DNA of 24,914 bases from an uncultured Candidatus Saccharibacteria bacterium (GTDB lineage Bacteria > Patescibacteriota > Minisyncoccia > Minisyncoccales > UBA10102): NCBI GenBank assembly GCA_964372895.1, contig CAYJRT010000001.1, positions 1 to 24,914 on the forward strand. The letters run 5' to 3'. A program made the translations under genes and the position numbers. Within the stretch, counting starts at the first letter, position 1; each line of letters starts with the position of its first letter. The notes beneath the pieces were generated by a model. It saw nothing but the letters and a program-made list of their open reading frames with translations. It had not been told where the DNA came from and searched no databases. This document shows, piece after piece, positions 1 to 7,236 of the stretch.

Positions 1-163
1 TGATAACCTCAATAATGCGTTTTTCCGCTTCTTCATCTGCTTGCGTGGCGAGTGTGTTGTCGTCTTTAAATCTTCTTTCGAGCAATGACGACTGGAAATA
101 TTTTTGCAGCACTCCTCCACCCTCTTTCGCTGCTTTGGTGGCAGTGTCAAATAAAGTAGCCAT
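1..163 (-). CDS. Inositol monophosphatase-family protein, N-terminal fragment (runs off the window)
   Basis: Not in the ORF track. Manual translation from ATG at 163 gives MATLFDTATKAAKEGGGVLQKYFQSSLLERRFKDDNTLATQADEEAEKRIIEVI, matching the IMPase/SuhB N-terminal pattern (AAxxxG..l..yF...K.D..l.T.AD..aE..I). It starts 1 nt after the upstream gene's stop. Confidence 0.72.
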   Translation of the reverse strand, partial: MATLFDTATKAAKEGGGVLQKYFQSSLLERRFKDDNTLATQADEEAEKRIIEVI

Positions 164-164
164 C

Positions 165-1121
165 TTAATCAAAGACGTCCACGAGATATTCATCAATTTC
201 ACGCTGATCTAAGTCGTAAAAATATTTGTTTTGGTCGTGAAGATACGTGGCAAGCTTCACTCCCACAAACCTCCAGTGCCACGGCTCAAAAATATAAGCG
301 CCATTATTTTGGGGATAAGAGAGAACAAAGCCGTATTGAAAAACAGAATTCTGCAACCATTGGTATGGTTGTGTTTTTTCAAAACCAGTTAATTGGCCGC
401 CAAGACCGGTAGTGATGAAGTCAACCGTTGTTCCGAGTTGGTGCTCTGAATATCCTTGATCGGCAGAGAATTGGTTTGCGGTGCCAGTACCGTATGTCAC
501 CGTGTAAGAAGATTTGAGCGACTTCTGTTCGTCGAATGAACGGTATGCGGATTTTACATAAAGGGCTATACCGTCTGCTTTTGCGGCGTCAAGAAGTTTC
601 TTAAGGTATGGCCAAACTTGTATGTGTAGTCGTTCGGGCGAGCGATCGCTGTAGCGATATTCGCTGTCAATTTCAACAAGGCGTTCTGGCACGTAATGTT
701 CGTTTAGAAAATATACTTTTGAATATTTCTGCAGAAGTTCCGGGTCGGTTTTGCTTAATTTCTCGAGCGTGCCCACGGTGCCTGAAATTTCTCCCACTGC
801 TTGTTCAAAACTCCCAATGCGCGACTGCACTGCTTGCTCTGAAGTAGTGAAAAAATGAGCGAGTTCTCCAAAGTTCTGCTCCAAATCTGAAAGTTTTTGC
901 GTGAGGCGCTCGTTTTTTTCAGAAAGCGCAGAGTTGCTCTGACTAAGTTCTTCTTTGAGAATTCGTAGTTCTTGCGAAAGGTACACAATGCGCCAAAAAC
1001 TATAAGCAAAAAGTCCGCTCAAGATAAGAAGGGCGATCGTAGAAAGTTTAAGATTTGCAAAAAAGCGCTTGAAATGAAAAATTTTTGGTTTCATATGGCT
1101 TGGCGGTATCGCTTCGCACAT
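165..1121 (-). CDS. Membrane-anchored M15-family (VanY-like) D-Ala-D-Ala carboxypeptidase with coiled-coil stalk
   Basis: N-terminal TM helix (STIALLILSGLFAYSFW), heptad coiled coil, then M15B motifs SAYRS, SEHQLG..VD and EPWHW. The start is either 1121 (TAATG overlap with the upstream stop) or ATG at 1094. Confidence 0.85.
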   Translation of the reverse strand: MCEAIPPSHMKPKIFHFKRFFANLKLSTIALLILSGLFAYSFWRIVYLSQELRILKEELSQSNSALSEKNERLTQKLSDLEQNFGELAHFFTTSEQAVQSRIGSFEQAVGEISGTVGTLEKLSKTDPELLQKYSKVYFLNEHYVPERLVEIDSEYRYSDRSPERLHIQVWPYLKKLLDAAKADGIALYVKSAYRSFDEQKSLKSSYTVTYGTGTANQFSADQGYSEHQLGTTVDFITTGLGGQLTGFEKTQPYQWLQNSVFQYGFVLSYPQNNGAYIFEPWHWRFVGVKLATYLHDQNKYFYDLDQREIDEYLVDVFD

Positions 1122-1834
1122 TAACCGAGAATTTCGATTGTTCCTTCTGCGCGGAGTTGGTCGATAAGAGCATTCATTGACTGTCCAATTTTTTGTTGGC
1201 GGAGTTGACTCTCAATATCAGACTTCACTTCCTCAAAAGGTGGCACTTCTGCGCCTTCGGCAACAGCGTTGTCATACACTTTCTGCATTTCTTCTTCTGA
1301 AATCTCAATCGGCTGTTCTGCGACTTTTTGATCTATAATCTGCTGCACAATAAGCTGTAAAGAAATTACCGATCGCACATCCTCTGGCGTAGCTTTTTGA
1401 TTAGCGAGATGTTTTTGAAACTCGTCTTCGTTTGGAAATTGGGCAACGATTTTTTGATATTCGTTTTCAAGCGCTTCATCACTAACTACTATTCCTTGCT
1501 TCTTGCTATACTGGACGAGCAATACTTCATTGATCATATCATCCAAAACCTGCTGTTTTACCAACTCTATGTCCTTCTCTTGTAAGGTTGCTCCTTGCGC
1601 CTCGTAGACGTTTTTTCTTTGTTCAAAACGTATCTCAAACAAAGCTTTTTGGATGGTTTCCCCATTTACTTGAGCCATGAGTTCTTTGGAGGGAAGATTG
1701 CTTTGAAAATGAATAACATTTTGAAAACGACTAAGGTCAACTACGCCAGATATCGCAGCGCCATATCCCGTTCCTCCCAGAAGCAACAGCGCAACAACCC
1801 ATGCAAAAGGATTTTTCAATAGTTGTTTTTTCAT
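1121..1834 (-). CDS. SurA N-terminal-domain / PrsA-like membrane-anchored chaperone, no parvulin PPIase domain visible
   Basis: Signal anchor AWVVALLLLGGTGYGAA, then the SurA_N pattern MAQVNGETI...VLDDMINEVLLVQYSKKQGIVVSDE, ending PPFEEVKSDIESQLRQQK...LIDQLRAE. Start moved from 1903 to the MKKQ ATG at 1834. Confidence 0.75.
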   Translation of the reverse strand: MKKQLLKNPFAWVVALLLLGGTGYGAAISGVVDLSRFQNVIHFQSNLPSKELMAQVNGETIQKALFEIRFEQRKNVYEAQGATLQEKDIELVKQQVLDDMINEVLLVQYSKKQGIVVSDEALENEYQKIVAQFPNEDEFQKHLANQKATPEDVRSVISLQLIVQQIIDQKVAEQPIEISEEEMQKVYDNAVAEGAEVPPFEEVKSDIESQLRQQKIGQSMNALIDQLRAEGTIEILG

Positions 1835-1850
1835 AAAAATCGCATAATTG

Positions 1851-1982
1851 TTATTTGGGTTGGGGGCGTTCGAGGCGCTTGGCACGATTTTGAACGCGCA
1901 CAATGTTGCGGTATCGAAAAGATGAGGGTGTGCGATACGCCGGTTTCCCCTTCTGATTTCCTACTTTCGCATAGTTTTTCAT
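1851..1982 (-). CDS. Putative 43-aa basic small protein (MKNYAKVGNQKGKPAYRTPSSFRYRNIVRVQNRAKRLERPQPK)
   Basis: Open ATG..TAA frame filling the gap between a candidate extended -10 (2002-2010) and the SurA-like gene. Below the ORF-track cutoff; no homology recognised. Confidence 0.3.
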   Translation of the reverse strand: MKNYAKVGNQKGKPAYRTPSSFRYRNIVRVQNRAKRLERPQPK

Positions 1983-2001
1983 ATGATGCAAATCTTTACT
2001 C

Positions 2002-2010
2002 ATTCTACCA
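2002..2010 (-). promoter_or_regulatory. Candidate extended -10 promoter (TGGTAGAAT) for the leftward operon
   Basis: The minus strand reads TG-G-TAGAAT, about 20 nt upstream of the small ORF ATG. The -35 is poor. Confidence 0.4.
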
Positions 2011-2039
2011 AAAAATTTACCTCCACACCAACTGGGGGC

Positions 2040-2068
2040 TGGACTTTGCGGAAAAATTGAGGTATACT
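2040..2068 (+). promoter_or_regulatory. Sigma70-type promoter for tRNA-Gln
   Basis: TGGACT (2040-2045), 17-nt spacer, TATACT (2063-2068), 20 nt upstream of the tRNA. Confidence 0.6.
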
Positions 2069-2088
2069 CAAAACTAAATCGAGTTTAT

Positions 2089-2159
2089 TGCGGGATCGTC
2101 TAATGGTAGGACAGAGGCCTTTGAAGCCTTTTATCGGGGTCCGAATCCCTGTCCCGCAG
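2089..2159 (+). tRNA. tRNA-Gln(TTG)
   Basis: Acceptor TGCGGGA/TCCCGCA, D-arm GTCT-AATGGT-AGGAC, anticodon arm GAGGC-CTTTGAA-GCCTT, T-arm CGGGG-TCCGAAT-CCCTG. CCA is not encoded. Confidence 0.95.
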
Positions 2160-2163
2160 CAAA

Positions 2164-3294
2164 TTACTCCGACTCCCCTATTCTGCACGATTGCACAATT
2201 GCAAGTTCTAAAGGAAGCTGGATAATGCTGGAATATTTCATTTTCTGTTCAGCTCCCATGAAATTTTCAACAATATCTAGCAAAAATTTTTCGTCAAATT
2301 GTTCTGCCTGTTGTTTCATGCGATCAATCTGCTCCTTTGTAAGTTCTGATTCAAACATGCGTTCCAGTTGCGGATTAATCTTGAGCACAAGCGTGTGGCG
2401 CAAATAGCGAACAAGGTTTTTGGCAAACTCATGAGGATCTAAACCCTGTTCCAAACTTCCATTGAGAAAATCAATCGCTTCGCCTGCTTTTCGATCTGCC
2501 AACAATTGAACAAATTCACCCACAAGATTAAGATCCACAATACCGAGCAAGTCCTTTACTGCGTCAACTCCAATCTCTTCTTTCGTATCAAGAACAGAAT
2601 AGAAAGTCAAAACTTTGTCAAGTAAACCTTCCGCGTCACGCAAAGCGCCGCCAGAATTGAGAGCTATCAACTGAAGCGGCTCTTTTCCAATTTTAACATC
2701 TTCTGCTTTTGCGATTTCTTTGAGTTTCTCTGTAATTTCAGGAACAGTGAGTTTGCGAAAATCGAAACGTTGGCATCTGGAAGCTATAGTAGGGATCATT
2801 TTGTGGGCTTCGGTGGTAGCCAAAATAAAGAGAGCGTGGCTCGGCGGCTCTTCCAAGGTTTTGAGCAAGGCATTTGCAGCTTCTTTGGTGAGTTGGTGTG
2901 CTTCGTCGATAATAAACACTTTATACTTGAGTTTGGTGGGGAGAAATGCAATTCCCTCGCGCAGCTGGCGCATTTCGTCGATACCTCTATTGGAAGCAGC
3001 ATCAATTTCGATAAGATCCATGGCGCGGCCCGCGTTGATTTCCTCGCACGAGGCGCATTTGTTGCACGGTTCTCCTTTATTTACCTCGAGCGCAGCCGAG
3101 GAGCAGTTTACCGCTTTCGCAAGCAAACGGGCTATGCTCGTTTTCCCAGACCCCCGAGGCCCTGAAAATAAATAGGCGTGAGAAAGCAAATCTCCTGCTA
3201 TTGCATTTTTGAGAGTCTGCACAATGTGTTCCTGCCCTGTAACTTCACTGAATGATTTCGGCCGATACTTTCTATAGAGCACAAGATTTGCCAT
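2164..3294 (-). CDS. dnaX: DNA polymerase III subunit gamma/tau (short, 376 aa)
   Basis: LYRKYRPKSF, Walker A GPRGSGKTS, zinc module C..EPCNKCASC, EIDAASNRG, KVFIIDEAH, NALLKTLEEPP and the SRC motif. Confidence 0.97.
   Translation of the reverse strand: MANLVLYRKYRPKSFSEVTGQEHIVQTLKNAIAGDLLSHAYLFSGPRGSGKTSIARLLAKAVNCSSAALEVNKGEPCNKCASCEEINAGRAMDLIEIDAASNRGIDEMRQLREGIAFLPTKLKYKVFIIDEAHQLTKEAANALLKTLEEPPSHALFILATTEAHKMIPTIASRCQRFDFRKLTVPEITEKLKEIAKAEDVKIGKEPLQLIALNSGGALRDAEGLLDKVLTFYSVLDTKEEIGVDAVKDLLGIVDLNLVGEFVQLLADRKAGEAIDFLNGSLEQGLDPHEFAKNLVRYLRHTLVLKINPQLERMFESELTKEQIDRMKQQAEQFDEKFLLDIVENFMGAEQKMKYSSIIQLPLELAIVQSCRIGESE
3079..3102 (-). repeat. REP-like hairpin in frame in dnaX (SSAALEVN)
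   Basis: Coding strand TCCTCGGCTGCGCTCGAGGTAAAT with a CCTCG/CGAGG stem, located between AVNC and KGEPC of the zinc module. Confidence 0.6.
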
Positions 3295-3297
3295 ATT

Positions 3298-3702
3298 CTA
3301 TTTTCCAAATACAAAGAATTTATACCCCGCAAAATTCCATGTCATAACCACGAGAGTGCCCGCGCCAGCTCCAATGTTTGCCCATAGTTGTTTGGCAATG
3401 CCAAATTGCGGTCCTATTATGTTTACGACAAGAGAAGCTGTGCCCACATTCAACAGCAATCCTATTGAACTTACGGCAAAGAATTGAATAAACACTTTTT
3501 TGTTTGAATGAAATGTCCAGCGTTTATTCCAAAAATAACTGTTGCTTACCGCAACCACAAACGAGATTGTTTTAAAGATTGTAAAAGGAAAACCCGAAGC
3601 AATCCCAGTCAAGAAAATAAAGATGTTGAGCACTGCTAAATCAACAGACGTGTTTGATATTCCCACTACCACAAATTTGATAATCTGCTTGAAAATCTGC
3701 AT
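3298..3702 (-). CDS. GtrA-family membrane protein
   Basis: 134 aa with 4 TM helices. Motifs QIIKFVVVGISNTSVD, SYFWNKRWTF and WNFAGYKFFVF are GtrA-like. Confidence 0.88.
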   Translation of the reverse strand: MQIFKQIIKFVVVGISNTSVDLAVLNIFIFLTGIASGFPFTIFKTISFVVAVSNSYFWNKRWTFHSNKKVFIQFFAVSSIGLLLNVGTASLVVNIIGPQFGIAKQLWANIGAGAGTLVVMTWNFAGYKFFVFGK

Positions 3703-3742
3703 AGACTCTATGGTATCATATATGCTACGATAGGGCTATCTT
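3703..3742. promoter_or_regulatory. 40-bp divergent gtrA/cysS intergenic region with back-to-back candidate -10 elements
   Basis: Plus strand TGC-TACGAT (3723-3731) lies 11 nt before the cysS ATG. Minus strand TATGAT (3720-3715) lies 12 nt before the gtrA ATG. Confidence 0.4.
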
Positions 3743-5176
3743 ATGGTTAGCATATACAGCACGCTTTCTAGGAAAAAAGAAGTTTTCAAGCCCAGAAAGA
3801 GTAAAAAAGTAAACTTTTTTGTGTGCGGGGTGACTACCTACGATTTTTCGCATGTAGGCCACGCGAGAACCTATATTGCCTTTGATATGATCGCAAAGTA
3901 TCTGCGCCAAAGAGGATACGATGTATGCTATTTGCAAAATGTAACTGACGTGGATGACAAAATTATCAAGCGCGCGCAAGAAGTCGGGGAAAGCTCAAAG
4001 AAGCTCGCGCGAAGATTTGAGAAAGAGTATTTGGCAGATATGAGGGCTTTGGGCGTGAATGCGCCGAATGCATACGCAAGAGCTACTGACTACATCCCAG
4101 AAATTATCAGCCAAGCGCAGCGCTTGCTTAAAAAAGGATATGCCTATGAAATTGAAGGCGACGGAATTTATTTCGATATTTCCAAATTCAAAGAATACGG
4201 CAAACTCTCCGGCCGCACTTCAGAGCAGGCACAAGATGCGGTATCGCGAATTGATGAATCGGTGAATAAACACAACAGAGGAGATTTTGCGTTGTGGAGA
4301 TATTCGAAAAAAGGAGAGCCCACATGGCGGCCCGCCCCGCAGGGGCGGGGGCCGTCCCGCCTGCAGGCGGGACGGCCTGGCTGGCATATTGAAGATACTG
4401 CTATCACCGAGAAATTTTTTGGGCCGCAATACGACATACACGGAGGCGCGCAGGATTTGATATTCCCCCATCACGAGGCAGAGGTCACGCAGATGGAATC
4501 GGTTTCTGGAAAGAAGCCTTTTGTAAAGTATTGGCTGCACACCGGATTTTTGACAGTGAAAGGGGAGAAAATGTCGAAGTCTTTGGGAAATTTTGTGACC
4601 ATCCGGGATTTTCTCAAAGTCCAATCCCCTCGTCTGTTGCGATACTTTATTTTGAAGACACATTATCGATCCCCCATCGATTACAGTGAGGAGCTGCTGA
4701 AACAAGCAGAGAGTGAATTAGGAAGGGTTGATGAATTTGTCGACCGCATAAAATCCGAAATTCGAAGCACGAAATCCCAAACAAATTCCAAATTCCAATT
4801 TCAAAAATTCCAAACTGCTTTTGCAAAAGCAATGGACGATGACTTCAACACTCCTTTGGCGATTTCTGTGTTGTTCGACTTGATTCGGGAGGGAAACGCA
4901 ATGCTGCATGAGCAAAGAATGACAAAAGCGAGCGCGAAAGAAATTCTCGATTTTCTCAAGCGAATAGACGAATTTTTTGGATTTATCTTTTGGGGTCGCA
5001 AAGAGCAACACATTCCAGCAGAGGTAAGGAGATTGGCAGAACAACGTAAGCAGTTGAGAGAGAGTCAAAACTGGCAAAAAGCAGATGAGCTGCGCAAAGA
5101 GATAGAAAAAAGAGGTTGGACTGTTGATGATACTCCCTCTGGCTGGAAACTAAAAAAGCTGGTATACCAAAAGTAA
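3743..5176 (+). CDS. cysS: Cysteine--tRNA ligase
   Basis: VCG.T.YD..HVGH (HIGH motif), QNVTDVDDKII, DFALW, GRPGWHIE, DIHGGAQDLIFPHHEAE, KMSKSLGN and a C-terminal anticodon domain (ADELR). Confidence 0.97.
   Translation: MVSIYSTLSRKKEVFKPRKSKKVNFFVCGVTTYDFSHVGHARTYIAFDMIAKYLRQRGYDVCYLQNVTDVDDKIIKRAQEVGESSKKLARRFEKEYLADMRALGVNAPNAYARATDYIPEIISQAQRLLKKGYAYEIEGDGIYFDISKFKEYGKLSGRTSEQAQDAVSRIDESVNKHNRGDFALWRYSKKGEPTWRPAPQGRGPSRLQAGRPGWHIEDTAITEKFFGPQYDIHGGAQDLIFPHHEAEVTQMESVSGKKPFVKYWLHTGFLTVKGEKMSKSLGNFVTIRDFLKVQSPRLLRYFILKTHYRSPIDYSEELLKQAESELGRVDEFVDRIKSEIRSTKSQTNSKFQFQKFQTAFAKAMDDDFNTPLAISVLFDLIREGNAMLHEQRMTKASAKEILDFLKRIDEFFGFIFWGRKEQHIPAEVRRLAEQRKQLRESQNWQKADELRKEIEKRGWTVDDTPSGWKLKKLVYQK
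4331..4377 (+). repeat. Two abutting GC-rich palindromes in frame in cysS
   Basis: CCCGCCCC-GCA-GGGGCGGG (4331-4349) followed by a perfect 28-bp palindrome GGCCGTCCCGCCTGCAGGCGGGACGGCC (4350-4377). Confidence 0.9.
4751..4815 (+). repeat. Degenerate heptamer tract (AAATYCS-like) in frame in cysS
   Basis: AAATCCG AAATTCG AAGCACG AAATCCC AAAC AAATTCC AAATTCC AATTTC AAAAATTCC AAAC, encoding KSEIRSTKSQTNSKFQFQKFQ. Confidence 0.75.
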
Positions 5177-5178
5177 CT

Positions 5179-6603
5179 ATGGCAGAAGCAGGAGATAGAA
5201 AATTTGAGAAACCCTTCGATAAAACTCAGGGCAAGTTACCGCCGCAGAGCCTCGAAGCGGAAATGTCTCTTTTGGGCAGTTTAATGTTGGACAAAGAAGC
5301 CATTGTAAAAGTTGCAGATTTAATCGAGCCTCGCGATTTTTACAAACCAGTCCATCAAATTATTTATGAAGCAATGCTCGATTTGTTCCAGAGAAATGAG
5401 CCGGTTGATTTGCTTTCGACCTCCAATCGCTTAAAAGATAAAGAAAAAATTGAGGAAGTTGGAGGCTCAAGCTACCTAACCGAGCTCATCAACACGGTGC
5501 CTACTGCCTTGCATGTGTTGAGTTACGCAAAAACGGTACAATCAAAACGTATTTTGCGTGATTTGATTTCCACATCCTACGAAATTGGTCAAATGGGATA
5601 TAACGAAAAAGAGGATCCCAATGTGCTTGTGGATCAGGCGGAGCAGAAAATTTTCGCTATTGCACAAAAATCTCTCGCCCATAATTTCATCCATATTAAA
5701 GAAGAACTCGAGGAGGCTTTTGAGAGACTCGATCGTCTGTCAAAGCACGAAAAAGCAACGCGCGGCATTCCTACTGGATTTACAGATTTGGATAACTTGC
5801 TTTCGGGGTTTCAGAAATCTGATTTAATTATTTTGGCGGCGCGTCCTTCTTTGGGAAAGTCTGCGCTTGCTTTAGACATTGCGCGGCGCGTGGCAGTGCA
5901 AGAACGAATTCCCGTTGGCATGTTTAGCTTGGAAATGTCCAAAGACCAGCTTATCGATCGTATGATTGCGGCTCAAGGCAGCGTGGATTCATGGCGTTTG
6001 AGGACCGGCAAGCTTTCTTCTCAAGGCGATGACAACGATTTTGTTCGCATTCAAGAGGCACTCGGAGTGTTGTCTGAAGCGCCGATTTATGTAGACGATA
6101 CCGCTTCTCAAACTGTGCTTCGCATGCGAGCTATGGCGCGGCGCTTGCAGGTAAATCACGGTTTAGGTTTGATTATTATTGATTATCTACAGCTCGTTTT
6201 ACCACCGAATAGCCAGACGAGCATTGTGCAGCAGGTTACGGAAATTTCCCGGCAATTAAAAGGGCTTGCGCGCGACCTCCATGTGCCTGTGCTTGCCATT
6301 TCTCAACTTTCGCGCGCCGTGGAGCAGCGTTTTCCTCCCCGACCACGGCTTTCTGACCTTCGTGAATCAGGCTCTTTGGAGCAGGATGCAGACGTAGTAA
6401 TGTTTATCTATCGCGAAGACAAATACAAAAAACAAGAGGCGGAACAAAATACAGGAAATGTGGCAGAAATTATTATCGCAAAACATCGCAATGGCCCCAT
6501 TGGTTCTGTAAAGCTTTATTTCAATCCCAATATCGTAAGCTTTTCCGATCTCGACAAAACGCGGCAATACGAAGAAGGCGCCGAACTCGTGGTAGATTTT
6601 TAA
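5179..6603 (+). CDS. dnaB: Replicative DNA helicase
   Basis: PPQSLEAEMSLLG, GIPTGF.DLD, Walker A ARPSLGKS, FSLEM, IIDYLQL and LSDLRESGSLEQDAD. No intein. Confidence 0.97.
   Translation: MAEAGDRKFEKPFDKTQGKLPPQSLEAEMSLLGSLMLDKEAIVKVADLIEPRDFYKPVHQIIYEAMLDLFQRNEPVDLLSTSNRLKDKEKIEEVGGSSYLTELINTVPTALHVLSYAKTVQSKRILRDLISTSYEIGQMGYNEKEDPNVLVDQAEQKIFAIAQKSLAHNFIHIKEELEEAFERLDRLSKHEKATRGIPTGFTDLDNLLSGFQKSDLIILAARPSLGKSALALDIARRVAVQERIPVGMFSLEMSKDQLIDRMIAAQGSVDSWRLRTGKLSSQGDDNDFVRIQEALGVLSEAPIYVDDTASQTVLRMRAMARRLQVNHGLGLIIIDYLQLVLPPNSQTSIVQQVTEISRQLKGLARDLHVPVLAISQLSRAVEQRFPPRPRLSDLRESGSLEQDADVVMFIYREDKYKKQEAEQNTGNVAEIIIAKHRNGPIGSVKLYFNPNIVSFSDLDKTRQYEEGAELVVDF
5212..5235 (+). repeat. REP-like element in frame at the dnaB N-terminus (PFDKTQGK)
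   Basis: CCCTTCGATAAAACTCAGGGCAAG, with a CCCT/AGGG stem, 24 bp (8 codons), just before the conserved LPPQ. Confidence 0.65.
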
Positions 6604-7217
6604 TGTATCCCAAACCAATCCAAAAACTGATTGAAATGTTTTCTCGTTTTCCTGGCGTTGGTCAGCGCACAGCCAGCCGTTTTGTTTTTTATCTGCTCAA
6701 GACTCCCGAGCTCGAAATTAATGAGTTTATTGCGGCGCTGCAAAATTTGCGAAAAGAAATTCATGAATGTTCGTTTTGCCTCAGTCCTTTTGAAGCTCAA
6801 GAAGACGAACAGCGCACAGGTCTTTGTGCAATTTGCCTCGATAAAACGCGCGACCACTCTGTTTTGTGCGTTGTGGAGAAAGAAAGCGACTTGGAAACAT
6901 TAGAAAAAACAAAACAATATCACGGCCGGTATTTTATTTTAGGGAAACTCAATGACATCTTAAAGAAAGAAGGATTTCAAACTATGCGAACACAGGAATT
7001 GAAAAATCGAATCGTTAATGAAATAAAGGAGATTATTCTTGCTTTAAATCCTACAACCGAAGGAGAAGTAGCTGTGCTCTATTTAGAGCGGCTGCTTAAG
7101 CCCTATGGCAAAAAAGTCACGAGATTGGCTCGAGGCCTTCCTGTGGGCGGCGAGTTGGAGTATGCCGATGAAGAGACTCTCCGCTCCGCTCTTGAAGGAA
7201 GACGTGAGAGTGTTTAA
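6603..7217 (+). CDS. recR: Recombination mediator RecR
   Basis: HhH motif FPGVGQRTASRFVF, C4 zinc finger, Toprim VVE, ALNPTTEGE and RLARGLPVGGELEYAD. TAATG overlap with dnaB. Confidence 0.95.
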   Translation: MYPKPIQKLIEMFSRFPGVGQRTASRFVFYLLKTPELEINEFIAALQNLRKEIHECSFCLSPFEAQEDEQRTGLCAICLDKTRDHSVLCVVEKESDLETLEKTKQYHGRYFILGKLNDILKKEGFQTMRTQELKNRIVNEIKEIILALNPTTEGEVAVLYLERLLKPYGKKVTRLARGLPVGGELEYADEETLRSALEGRRESV

Positions 7218-7236
7218 TGTACGATAGTAAACACGT

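Noticed and set aside
15-212. 65-aa plus-strand ORF
   Set aside because: Antisense shadow of the IMPase-like gene identified on the minus strand.
641-650. AGCGATCGCT, identical to the core of repeat 1U
   Set aside because: It lies inside a CDS, symmetry stops at 10 bp, and the TGT/ACA arms are absent; probably chance.
2720-4705. Long alternative ORFs (2720-3175, 2770-3165, 4220-4705)
   Set aside because: Antisense to dnaX or cysS, with no recognisable motifs.
5179-6603. Intein in DnaB
   Set aside because: Length (474 aa) is normal and the motifs are contiguous.
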